From Octopus sinensis (Eukaryota), in assembly GCF_006345805.1 (NCBI RefSeq), contig NC_043008.1:3100001-3164000 (forward strand): a stretch of 64,000 nt of DNA, written 5' to 3'. Below, piece by piece: positions 12,540 to 26,029 of this stretch (positions within the stretch are counted from its first letter, which is position 1; each line of letters starts with the position of its first letter). A model generated the notes under the pieces. It saw only the letters and a list, made by a program, of their open reading frames with translations, was not told the origin of the DNA and did not search any database. A program made the position numbers and the translations under genes.

Positions 12540-13757
12540 TTGTATGTATGTATACTTGTATTTATGTATGAAGGTGTAGCATTATAATTTGCTTTCTTTT
12601 AAATGTTTTTCTCTTCCTTCTTCGAAAATAAAATATTCCAGATGGTAACTAAAGCTTATGGCTTGTAAAGTCAATCGATTTATCAGATGACTTGTTTTTT
12701 TACTTTTTTTCTTCCTTCCACTACTTTATGATGAAATATATCTAGACTACAATGCATAATTTGTTTATTTACATTCAGTAAGTTTTGATTACTTCTGCTT
12801 TTTCATTCATCGCCATTGTGTTAAGGAAATTCAATATCACTGTAAATTCAAAAGAAAAAAATAATACAAAATAAATAAATCTAAGATTGATCAGTATTGC
12901 AAAATGAATGAAATAAGAAAAATATTTTTTACGACACAAAGGCACAAAAGGAACATAGATCGGAGTCCATTTTCACCACTGTGTGTTTTATGCTCTTCTT
13001 TTTTTTGTCAGTATGCTCACTTAAACAATCCAAATCATATGGCAGTGATATTAAAGAAAATAACTATCTTTATTTTTTTTCTCCTTTTAATTTAAATATT
13101 CGTCTATATTTTGTTTTTATATGTTTGGACTTAAGATGCATTTCCCTTTAGACTCTGGAAATGTGGAGTAAAAAACTGCCATGAACTATATAGAATTACA
13201 CTTCAAAGAAACTTTAAACATATCGTGAAGATATGCTGAGTTATATATTGAGATTACAGTTGTTAAACGAATATATATGTTGATATTAAATACGGCATCT
13301 TTAACATCATATACAGCATGGTGCATGTCATCAACGCGTACATCCATAATATAATATCTCCAGGCTGTACAAAATAATACTTCCTCACCAAAAAGAAAAT
13401 GCATCAAGTAAAAAGACTCTGGCGATTGCTATATTTATTACTTCTTAACAAATCTAATCAGGCACATTAAACTAAAACGTATGTAACATCAAAGTTCCGT
13501 AGGCCAAAGTCCAGAAGTCCAAAAGGCTATCCAAACAGGATGTAGACAAAAGAACACTGCGAAAAGACGAACAAATCAGGAGCACAATCAAAATGAGAAG
13601 TCCACACCCAAGAGGGACGTCTCATTTACAATGAAGTGATTTGAGGTTGGGTTCCACTGAGTCACACCCTCGCCAAGTGCCTTGTCCTGTGCCACCGTGC
13701 TGGTGAAATTCTTCTGAATGAACTTGGTTAAGAAAGTCAATGTGGAAGCCCGATGTA

Positions 13758-13975
13758 TTCTTTTATTCTTTCACTTGTTTCAGTCATTTGACTGCGACCT
13801 TGCTGGAGCACCACCTTAAAAAGTGTTGGTCGAAGACTTATTCTATCAGTTTGTTCTGCGGAACTACTAAGTTTCGGGGAAACCACCACCAGTTTTCAAA
13901 CGATGGCGGGGCGGGGCAAACACAGATACAAAGACACACTAATATATACATATATAGATATATACGACAGCTTCT
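13758..13975 (-). mobile_element. SINE family 1, 3' half
   Basis: tgtttcagtcatttgactgcgaccttgctggagcaccacc...; homologous to the other family 1 copies. Confidence 0.8.
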
Positions 13976-13989
13976 TTGTGTCTGTGTCT

Positions 13990-14185
13990 GTCCCTCGATC
14001 ACCGATTGACAACCGATGTTCGTGAGTTAACAAACCTGTAACTTAACTGTTCGGCAAAATTAACCGATACAATAAGTACTTAACTTAAAAAAATATAAGG
14101 GTTGACGTCAGTTTGTGCGATTAAAACCTACCAAGGCAATCCTCCAGCGTGACCGCAGTGAACTGAGAGTAATAAGTAAGAGCAT
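13990..14185 (+). mobile_element. SINE family 1, 3' half, inverted relative to the neighbouring copy
   Basis: gacaaccgatgtt...ttcggcaaaa..accgata..ataagtact...ctccagcgtgaccgcagt is the reverse-complement homologue of 13758-13975. Confidence 0.7.
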
Positions 14186-14225
14186 GAGAGAATATCTGTG
14201 TGTGTGCGTGTGTGTGCTTATTACG

Positions 14226-14450
14226 ATAGTGACTAGACTATCGTATATTGCTTTACATCGCCGGTTACAAAGCACTTCGCGTTGTTTTAGCTTTCGAATG
14301 AAGCCACCCGCTTGCTAGGCGGACAGGTCAACAATATTTACCAATTTACTGTTGAGTGGAATGGGAGAACATGAAAAAGGGTGTTTTGCTCAAGAACAAA
14401 ACGTGCCACTCGAGAATTGAAACTATGTTCTAATGATCGTCAATGCAATA
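14226..14450 (-). mobile_element. tRNA-derived SINE family 2
   Basis: Reverse-complement homology to 38201-38324. The head (gctcaagaac..aacg....gagaattgaa) is shared with 44940-45015. Confidence 0.7.
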
Positions 14451-14573
14451 CTATATATATAATATATATATATATATAATCAAAATAATCACCTTATTTT
14501 AAAATTATATGGATAATACAATACTAAAGTCTGGTGCTTTCAACTTAAGTGACATATTCATCTGAGAATATAT

Positions 14574-14617
<44 letters not shown>

Positions 14618-15479
14618 ACTGGTGCGTGTGTGTTTAAATATATACCTGTTTATGAATTTATGTGTACATTAATGGAGAGAGAAAGACGGTTAGACGTTGA
14701 GACGGAGAGAGTGAGAGAGTGACATGCACACATGGACACTTATAAAATTAGAAAGATGTGTGCGTATCTGTACATCTACATCTCTTTTAAATGTTCTGCC
14801 TAGGAATCTATCAACTCCTCTCATTATGTTTTTGTAAATATTGGTAGATAGAACGGGAGAGAGAGAGGAAGGTAGGTAGAGAGAAGGAGAGAACGAGACA
14901 GACGTATATACATACATTCATATATAAACGCAAAGACCCACCTACATAAGTAGCTCTACACTTCATATAGAGGAGGAAAGAGAAGGAGTGTGTTAGAGAG
15001 GAATGAGCGGCGCCCAGTTGAAGCTGAATGTATTTATGCAGATATTTTTCCCCGTCATGAAATGAAGCATGAAAATAAATATCACTTTAGCTATCCAATA
15101 ATATATTTTGCACTAAGAAACATTTCTAATGCATGTCTTCTTCCGCCGAACCCATTCCACTGCCTCTTTATCTACCAATACAGCTACTCGCCAAGTAGCA
15201 TTAAACAGAACCGGCAAAAGTATTGGTTTTCTTTTTTTTATCAACCGTTAGCTAAATATCGATTTGGAATCAGATGCGAGCTAACCTTTCGACCTCCCAC
15301 CGAAAAGAGTTTACAACATGTATCAATAACAAACCCGTTTTGCATTGTAATTAACTCATACGGTTTTATTAATTGTCCCTTACGGGGACCTGAAGGGCAT
15401 TTCAGAGATAGCTTCGTTGTTTGTAATGTTCACATGTAATGTCGCTTAGTAAATATAAATGTAAGCATCGTTATGGCAG

Positions 15480-15880
15480 CCATCGCCATGTCCGCTCTCC
15501 CCGTAATTCATAAAACCGACTTTTCATTACCAGCTCTTTCGTCACTATCGTCGTCGTTGTCGTAGTTGTCATCCTAATTAACATCATCATCATCACGATC
15601 TTCCTCATCGCCGTCCTTATAATCATCATCATCATCATCTTTACTAGGTGCATCATTATGTTTGATCCCCACCATCACCACCATAATCATTTTCATCGTT
15701 AAAATTATCAGCAGCTCTCCTCTCATTTTTAAAATAACCGCTATCGCTATCATTGTCGCCATCGTCGTCATATTCTAATATCTACAACTATCAATAATCC
15801 ATCTTCAGCATGTTAACTCTCTTCCTTCTCTTCATGGTCATCATAATCATTACCGCCATTCTTACTCTCATTATATCGTC
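15480..15880. repeat. Degenerate (ATC/GTC)n low-complexity tract
   Basis: Visible directly. It explains the poly-M/T/D ORFs. Confidence 0.85.
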
Positions 15881-18800
15881 TTATCGTTATCATGTTAACT
15901 TCGTTATCTTTCCACAAGGCCACATGCACAGCAATTTTCGGAGAGTAAACGATTGATTTGAGAAAGAAATTGACTCTCCTCCACCATAAGCAGCAACTAC
16001 AGTAAGCACAGGCCAGGCCTCACTTCCTGTGTTTCTTTGTCTCATATACTGGGGGGGGGGGCACAAATGTATAGAGAGATGTATTTCTAATGATTTAAAC
16101 ATGTTTCGACTGAGTTGTCCATTTTTATTATTTGTCGTGAATGCAGCTTTAATCTACTTCCACATTTTCATATGTAAAACTTTCTAATTTTTTGTCCTTG
16201 CTCTCTCGTGGAGAGGTGTCTGTCGCAATGAAAGGATTTTCGGTTTTGCGAAATTCTGACACCGAATTCAAACGGCGATACTTTTACAAATTTCAGATAT
16301 AAGTCATCACACAATTTTTACACGAATAGAGTTCTGCATTTAAAGTCAGTCAATAGCTACTGCAATTGCTGTCGCTGCTTTTAATATTATTAATTTGCGT
16401 ATTTAGGTATATCTTATATTAATCTGTATCTAAACTGTTGAATTTCGTTCTCTTCTTCTACATTTTGTGGGGCGTGTTTACGTTAGGGATTTGGTTTTGC
16501 TATAGTAACGTTTTGACTTGCATTGTAATTTGAGAGATGAAATTTTAGCATGTGTAAATAAAAATTCCGAAGCTGGTGAACGAAACATATTTTCTGTAAT
16601 CTACACCCACGTGACAAGCAGAATGCTTCTTGAAACAATTACGCTTTTTTAAAGTATTCAAGTGCCAATGAAATTTCATTTGACAGAAATTTCGTTTCGC
16701 AAAAAGAATTTAAAATGCATTTTCATGCTAGGAAAGTTAAATATAAACATAGTGATGATTGGGGAGAGAGAGAGTATGTTGCCTAGAGTCGTCAAAACGA
16801 CGATAATAATAACATCAAAAGCATCAACATCGTTAGAGCAGAGGAATTTTATGCAGTGCATGACATCGGTTGAATTCAGTGCAGTCAGTGCAATAACACT
16901 CGACACATTCTTTTTGGCAGCCATCCCTTGTACGTTGCAAGTATGTCCACAGTCCCTGTGGAATAGAGAGCCATGTCCACTGGACTGTAATCCAACACTT
17001 CAACGGAAACACGGGCAAGAAGTGTTTAAATGTATGCACAAAATACAGTAAATGATAACGATCTAGTCTATCCCCTAGGAGATACTTATCTGGACTGTCA
17101 ACGATTAAACTGAAACTGTCCTTATATATTAAATAATGACTTGAATGAAGATACCGGTTCTCTATAAATATCCAGATCTGATTTAATCAAATCTCTGACT
17201 GGACGTGGGTCAGGCTTGTTTGAAATTAATTTGAAATAAGAAATATGAGGGATATGAGAATGAAATCATTGACTCAATAAATTCGCATGATAATGAACAA
17301 AGCATTTACAACTATAAACCCCACTAATTCACGCAAAACATCCTCCAATGCTACTGAAAATAATTTAGCTCAAATATGCAAACGATACAGGTGTCACTAC
17401 ACAACACATACAGTATATACTTAATACAATGATCCCACAACTAGAAAAGCACACAACGGAATCCCCACTTAAGAGTCACAACAATATCCTAGCATATCAC
17501 AGACTCCTCACAGTCATCACATGAAAACAAATCATGTAAAGCTGCTTAGTCATAAATAAGAGACCGACAACCAAATAGAATAATCTGGCTCACATTGTGC
17601 TCGTTATACATATAAACCAACGAAACAAATCGGGGGTGGTGGGGGGGCAATACTCGACAAAGTAATTAGGCTTAGTACACGATTAGTCCTTATTGTAGAA
17701 AAACAATACGATAGATCTAATCAGAACAGGTGAATTGCTTGAGTGTCGGTGATATATATCTAGCTACCGTTATGAGAAACCCTTAGTTTAGATAGAAAGT
17801 CCATGAGAGAAGACAGAGTATCTATGGTTAGATGTCATGCCGAATCGGTAAATGTATATTTATTAATATATAATGAAGATTTTCTTTTAAATGCAGTTGA
17901 AACTAAAAACTTTTAGAATTCATCATCTCCCTTGTAGATTGGTAAAGATATATTACAGACGACGATGAAGCAAAAGATAAATAATCTAAACACAGTACTT
18001 ATATGCAAAATTTTTGACTGTATAATCTCTTAATTTTGTAACAGGTTATCAGGTTGTTCCAGCTAAAGACCTTAACTGCATCTATAGGTACACTTCGTTT
18101 CATAATTGAGATCTCTTGGTGAAGGAATGTCTCACAGACAAAGACATAATTCCTCACGCCTTGGTTTCGAGTTCGAACCCACTCTGTTGAACTTTGCGCC
18201 TATCCAATCATGCCATCGAAAAGATAAAGCATTTTTACTGAAGTTTGGTTGGTGGAAATCATACAAAAGTCCCCTGTAGTGACGGGTAGGGGGGTGAATG
18301 GTCGATTTCATCTATCACGTGGTTTAACAGCACAATCTGCCCTTAGGATGTCGTTAGCGATATCTACTCTATTGTAAACATTTGCGCAATTTCACTTTTG
18401 TTAGTATGACTATTTCCCATCTTTGGATCAACCAAGGAGACAGACCTTCAAGGAAACCAGAGCCGCTTCTGTTCCTTCTCTCACTATGCTACAATATCAC
18501 TTGAAAAGAAAAAATTCCTTGTCCAAATATTTAAGGAATTAAAGCAAAAATAAAAACCAAATTGTAAAATAATTAATTAAAGACTAAAACAACGAAACTG
18601 ATCACATATACTGTAAATGTTTCACTGCTGAGTCACGAAATACAGTTTCACTTAAACAGAAATTATCTATTTCCTACAGAATCTTTTAGCAACGCAAGTA
18701 ATTATTCCTTTAATGTTCAAATGATTATTTCAGCAACAAGTTTCCTCCTGTTATCTGGAATCTCATCTCCACGTTGCTAACACTTTGATACCAATTAAAA

Positions 18801-20122
18801 TTCGACTCTTCCTTATGGCACTTTAACTCGTCCTACTTCAAACAGAATCAGAGTCATTTTCTGTGTCATCCTTCAGACGTAGATATAATCATTGTAAACA
18901 CACCATCCAAATCTAAACTCATATTACACCTTCTAATCTTAATCTCTTTGATGATAATGCATATGCAGCTCATAGTTCAAGATTTCTGACCTTCATTACT
19001 TATCTTTAAATATTTCTTCCTTTCTAATTGGGAGGAATGGGCGACAACAAATATCATAAACAAACATGCTATAATGAATATCATAATTTAAAGGAAACAT
19101 AGCCATGCTTATATTTGCTTAGAAATATCTTCCTTTTCTATCGATTGTTTTTCTGTAGTATTCTTCTTTCCTGAAGCATCACTGCCTTGCTTCATGTTGA
19201 TTCATTATAAAATTAGTTTATTTAGGTCATGTGTTGTCTATACGGATTGTGTGTGCCATAGCTGTCCTTTGAAGACACTTCAAACGAGTATGCACACTTT
19301 CGTAATGTAAGTAACATTATCGTCAAATATTAATTGTGAAAATGTCTTATGACACACTTCTGATGTTGTGACTTACTGAATATCACCGAAATAATTGTAG
19401 AGAAGGCATATCTTGGCGTTTGACTTTAAATCTAAATGCAAGTAGTATTTTAATTTTGTGCTGATATGTTAGGAGTATAGAAATTGACGAGGTTATAATG
19501 TTTTTTTTATTCGTATCTGAACATAGCTACAAGTTGATATCTACGTGTTTGAACTATCACAGATGTATGGTAGTCTCTTAAGTCTAACAGCTGTTTCCTC
19601 TTGAAGTACAACTGCTTGTTCCATCATTACAATCCAATATGTAGCCACAGTTGCTGCTATATGTTGTTGCACGTTGGTTGTCTTCTAAATAATTAATACG
19701 GAAGACAGAGTGTACTACAAGCTTTATTTAAGACAACAATCTTTTCGGCTTACATCTGCACTGCTCCCCTAATTGGCGGATAATGTAGCAAACTTCAGTT
19801 TTGGGGGTGACATTCCCGACATTCCCAACGGATTACGTTCGGTACACACTTAGAAGTTGTTGCAGTGCAAGGTCGTCCATAACTTCACTGTTCGCCTCTT
19901 TCAACGCCCTCTTGAAAGTGTCAAAATCACGCACCGCTTGTCTATTGACGGCTCACAGTCAACTGCTGCCCAACTCGAACTATCAATCGCCCACAGTTCT
20001 TTAATTCATAACAATGTGTCAGCCCACCTCTAACCAATTGGGGGCTGGTCAACATCTTGCCACAACATTATGATATATATACTTAAACAGATATCATGTA
20101 GATGGTATGTATGTATGCATAT

Positions 20123-20198
<76 letters not shown>

Positions 20199-22334
20199 CA
20201 TATATAATATACATATCATACTTATATACATGTAATGTATGTATGTACGTATGTATGCATGTTTGTATGTATAATCGATTTTTCCTCTCTGTGTAGCATA
20301 TCAGTGAGACGCTGTTGCTATTTCTAGCTGATAGAATAATTAAATCCAGGATTTTCAGATGTCTAAACGCTGTTCGTTCAGTATTTAATGAGGTTTAATT
20401 TCCTTATTTCAGAGTATTGAACTTTAAGATTGTTGTCATGCAGCTCTCTCTCTCTCTCTCTCTCTCCTTCTCTCTCACACTCTTTCTCACTCTCTTTCGC
20501 TCTCTCTTGCTCTCTCTCCCTCTCTCTCTCTCTCTCAAGCCAACAGAAAATTATGTAAATCCTTGATGACATATCAGTCATTAAAGAGAGATTAGAAGAC
20601 AATTGCAATGATATTTATAGTAAACAGTGCAGTAACACGCCAGATCATTATGGTTATCGCTGTGGTCATCACATTTACGCCATCAGCAAGAACAGTATTT
20701 GTGATAGCATCATTAGCTTGAGAAACAGTTGTAGCATTATTAGTAGTATCATCATTCACATCATTATAATAACCAGCGTTAGTGGCAGTTGTACAAAAAG
20801 CATATCCTTAATCCCTATCATAATAAACACTATTACCAGGATCCTCAGCAGCAGTAGCAAAACTAGTTACCTTTTCAGGCTTTAGTTCCTGTTATTACGC
20901 AGGCAAGTATTCACCCTCTCTTTTTCTCCCCCTCTCATCCCCCCTCTAAGACTTAGTCTGTCCATAAACATATAATAAGCGAGAATAAAAGAAATGTGGA
21001 AACCAATGACAGTAGTGGTGGTCTGTTTTAGCCAAAGTTTTTTAAGTGAAAATTTTGTTTAGATGCGTTTGTTACGATCGGCAGGAAGAACATGGTGCTG
21101 ACATGTCGGAACTTGTTCTAAATCTTGTCTGAGGAACTATCAGATTTCTTTCAATAACCTGGTCACGGTAGTTCAGACAGTATGTCGGTTATGTACATAT
21201 AATTGTGCGCGTGGATGTGTATAGGCGTGTGTAGTTGTTAAGCACGTGACTCTGCTTAAATGTGACTCCCAAGGAAACTCAAATACGACAGAGCTTACTT
21301 TAGGTAAACTAAGAATACAAACACGTAACTTCAATGCTTTGGATGTGCAGGAAAAAAGGAAGTAAAATCTCTTGATGGACTCAACGTATATATTTCATTG
21401 TATATCAAACAATCAAAGTCGCAAATAAGCAGTTTAGGCTTTCCTGTAAGATGTATGATTGCTATTTATAGATATATGACTAGGGAGAGAAACCGAGTAA
21501 GTATTTAGTGAATAGACTTCAACAAACCGTAGACAGTCCATAACATGGCTGGCCGCATCGAATTACTTATATTGATGTATTCGTATACGAAGCATTGCAA
21601 CATCAGGTTCTGGATCCAAATTCTATAGAAATTTTGTAGATTATCAATTGGGTACAGATTACTGAGAAATATCTTAAACGTAGATATTCAATGAGCAATA
21701 TATATTCATTTTTTTTTCATGCACGTCTAAATGCCCGAGAAATGTCTGAGACTTACAAAAATTCAACATGTGCTGCACGTGTTAAGGAATTATTTTAAAA
21801 TTAACATATTATTTAAAATGATTTTAAACGTTACAGGTTCTGCAATTTCTTTTATTTTTTAATTTTCTTATTTATTTTTGCAAGCTTCAAAGATTTAATA
21901 TCTTGGTAGATGCATGAGAAATATTTGGGATTCAGAAACCATTTAAAATAGAAATATTTTAAATGTTATTTAGATGTCCAAAAATAGATTTAACAAATAC
22001 AATGAAGCAATCAATGAAGGATCAAAAAAGGCAAGGTATTTAATAGACTTCTCCTGTTGATAAATTACAGCGAAAGAACAGCATGGGAGAAAATTAAAAC
22101 AAGTGACATCGTCGAAGATATATAAAAAAGCGAGGGAGCAGAATGCTTTTCAAGTTCGCCTTAAATTTAGGAATTTATTTCTCTATCATTTAGCGTAATG
22201 GATGAAGTAAAAAGAGAACATACGAATAATAAATAAATATGATTCAGATTGGCATTGATTATTAATGTATCCTCGGGCTGTATGGAAAAATTCGGTAAAA
22301 CCATTTGGTAGTAAAATATTCAAAATACCGTGTT

Positions 22335-22363
22335 TTTTATTATAATTATGATTACGATTATGA

Positions 22364-22425
<62 letters not shown>

Positions 22426-22520
22426 TTATTATTATTATTATTATTATTGTTGTTGTTGTTGTTATTAAAGTTATTTTATTATTATTATTATTAAAGTTAT
22501 TTTATTATTAATATTATTAT
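22335..22520. repeat. (TAT)n/(TGT)n microsatellite
   Basis: Visible directly. Confidence 0.95.
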
Positions 22521-23171
22521 TCAGAAAGTGAAAAAGCATTTTTTTTTTTTATCTTTCTGCTTTAATCTGCAATGGTGAATATATAACATGAAAAAAAGTA
22601 ATTTCCTCTTTTCCAATTTGGAAATAAATAGTTTTTTCAACAAGCAGATAAGATGGGTGGCAAGAAAAAATAACTTTTTGATGATAATATTTAATATTTT
22701 CTACTTTTGCAGTTAGATCTGGAGGCAGGCAAGAAACACAGCAATATTAAGCACATGAAATATTCCAGAAATAAACTTTAATAGCGAAGTGTTTGGAATG
22801 CTGCATATTTGAAAAGGTCGATGTAACACCACCAACAGTGAATAATAATCGTCAGAAGCCGATTAGAAGGTCTCTCGCTCTTCATTTACAATATAGACAC
22901 AGCAGTTAAATGCCTTCCCATTACATTCTTAGATGCCTTTGCTCAGTCGAGGGCCGCCTAATTTGAAACATGATCAAAACCAGTAATCATAATGCTCATG
23001 CCGACACTATAGCACTGCATGGCTTCTCGTTATCTTAGAAATGATAGCCAACTAAGACTCAAATCACATAACCTTGTAACAGAAATACAAGGAACGAATA
23101 TAATCTTACATGTAGTGTATTTGAAAATATGTGATGAACATAGCTGGAACACAATATTCGTATTAAACAAA

Positions 23172-23385
23172 GGCAGCGTGCTTACAGAGCCGTTAGAACA
23201 CCGGATAAAATGCATAGTGGTATTTCGTCCACCTTCAGGCTATAAGTTCGAATTCTGCCGAGGCCGACTTTGCATTCCATCTTGTCGGGATGGATAAAAT
23301 AGGTAGTTGTGCAATATTGTCGATGTACTGACGTCCTCTACACCAAAATTGCTGGTATTGTGTCAAAATTTGAGACCAATATTAG
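23172..23385 (+). mobile_element. tRNA-derived SINE family 3 (central domain resembles Meta/MESC type), decayed
   Basis: gttcgaattctgccgaggccgactttgcattccatc..tcgggatggataaa; homologous to 50568-50798. Confidence 0.75.
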
Positions 23386-23869
23386 AATTAAACAGCAAGA
23401 ACAAGAATCCTAATAGCAACAATAATCGACATAATATATGTGGAACGAAACAACTCGGTCGGAAGAGCGTCGAATAAAATACTTCTAAGTTATTCATACT
23501 CCGCAATTCAATCCTAAGCCCAGTTGATGTTTATCATTGTAATGTCAGTAAAGTAAGGGCATGCGGATATATAAAGATTGTATTTAAAATATAAGACTTC
23601 TGCAGAATAAAATCCAGTGGCAGAAAGCAGCAAGATATTAAAGGAGTCTTTTTTCTACTAATATAGTAAGAAATGGTAGTTATGATAATTATTGTAACTA
23701 TTATTGAATTATTATAATTGTTTCAATTATTGACACAAAGCTAGCAATTTTGATAGGAATGCTAAGGGGTGCTTCACTTATTTTGTTGATTCCGCAAGGA
23801 TGAAATACAAAGATGACTAACACGGAAATATGAATATAGTAATTATTTTTTATTAGCTGCATTATTAAA

Positions 23870-24075
23870 GGCGTTGTGTTGGAATAGTTGTTAACCCGCC
23901 GAACAAAATGCATAGCGGCCTTTCGTCTCTCTTTAAATTCTGAGTTCAAATGCCGTAGAGGTCGAATTTGCTTTTCGTGCTTTCGGGGTTCATAAAATAA
24001 TGTAGTAGTTGAACACTGATATCGAGTATCCCCTACCCCGCAGTTTCAGGCCCTGTACCTATAGTAGAAAGAATT
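23870..24075 (+). mobile_element. SINE family 3, decayed
   Basis: ttctgagttcaaatgccgtagaggtcgaatttgcttttcgtgctttcgggg. Confidence 0.7.
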
Positions 24076-25993
24076 ATTATAACTATTATTCTTCTTGCTG
24101 TTGCTATGTCTTGCATCGGTTGAAAACCACGGCTATTTTCTCAATGTTTTTTGAATAATTCCGTAGCCCTAGCCTCGTAATTAATTCGAGAATGCGAATG
24201 TTAAGAGCAACATCTAAATGCAATGAATCATTTAACGCAACCAACCATTTCTACAAATTCATCTCGTACACAGCTTTGAAAGTATTACAAAAATGCTGTC
24301 TCGTATAAGGCATATTATAATATATTGTACCTATAAACATAAACACACACCCGTATATACAACGGAGACAAAATAACGGCGGCAGAGAGAGGGAGAGATT
24401 TCATTGTAGGATTGTTTAAACGACGCGCACCTTATCCCAGAAGTGGAGAACAGTCGATCATGAGAATAGCAGCATAGTTTACCACATAAAAAAAGGGATA
24501 TGACACTACGACTGTCTGATAACATCCTGATATGCAATACTGCACGTTACGTTGACAATAAGAATAATATTAACACACAGACACACATAAAAGTACATAT
24601 AAATACATACTTATAAAACATACCGGCTTTCATATAAACATACGAATGCATATATTTAAAACGGAAATATGGATTTGATGAGATAAACGAAGGAGATTGA
24701 AAAAAATGTTATTTATCAAAATAACCAAAGATTCTATATTTTTGGAAGAATACTTAATATATATATATATATATTTATCATGATGTGATCCTGCCAAACT
24801 GAATATGCTTTGGTTCAAAAGTCGTGACCCTGCTTGATGCTAATATTATGAAAATTATATTTATAGATCTGTAAGGACCTACCATTGCTTTTTTAGCTTA
24901 AATTTGCTTCCAGCCTTATTTTTCTCCCACTCATTATCCACACAACATAACAGTTCTTGTAGAAATGGCCAAATTGTGCGTTGCTCAGAGCAGATCATAA
25001 GTAAAAATCATGGAACGTTTCCCAAGGTACAAAGGTAATATGTATGTGCGTGTGTGTGTGTGTGTGTGTGTGAGTGCATATGGGTAAAAACCATCTTCAT
25101 ACACGCAGACAGTCACACACGCAAACACATACACAAGTACGCACGCACATACACAAGGAAAAAACACACGCACATATGTGTTTGTGCGTGTCTGTGTTTG
25201 TGTGTGTGTGAGGGTTAGAAGCTAGAAATAAAGGATTATGAATAAGGAGCAGGAGCAAAACACCGTTTTCACCGTTTGCCGATATATGAATGACTAATGT
25301 TTTAAAAATATACTTTATGAAAAAAATAAAAACGAATGGAGATTAAATTCAGCTCTGATCTGAAAAGATGTGGGAAGATGGTGTAACATTTGCCTGTCAG
25401 CAGCACCATAGAAGCGAATTAGCCCCGTGTACCTCTTGCCGCATTTATCTCGAGGATTTTCATTTATTAGTAACAAATACGTGTTTCATTCTCACACATG
25501 CATTATACCTTTGTGTGACTATGTAATTTTATATTTCGATGAAGACATTTCTCCAGACGTCTTTCTCACTATACAATTATAAGGGTCTGTTATTGTAGAG
25601 ACATGGTGTATTCACGGAAGATTTGCTACAGTTATTACATGCTCTTCGATACCTATTATAAGCTCATAATCACGTGTCCACATCGCTGATAGTTTTTCTG
25701 GCCCGTCTACATTGTTTATTGTCGAGTGTGCACTGATTCACCGGGAGCTATTTTCAGTGAAGCTGTTTGCTACACCTGTTATATTCTGTCAATTGCTACA
25801 GACAACCTAGAACATTGAAGCAATGTTACTCGCATCGAAGATCATCACTTTTAGAAGGCAATTCTTCTCTTTGGAATTGTACAGAAGGCTGTTGCCATTT
25901 AACACTTGTGAACTTGGCGAGGTATTCATTATCCGCTTACATACTTTAGAATTAATCGGTTTATGTCTTAATTAGACGCATCTCTTTCGACAG

Positions 25994-26029
25994 GATATTT
26001 CTTCCCATGCCTAAGCAGGCATGACACAG
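25994..26029 (+). CDS. Candidate 36-nt exon (GYFFPCLSRHDT), phase 1-1
   Basis: Acceptor catctctttcgacag| and donor cag|gtaaat; one open frame. Confidence 0.3.

Noticed and set aside
25727-25770. CALIHREL resembling the hAT transposase CxxH motif
   Set aside because: A single short motif with no other hAT blocks or TIRs nearby.
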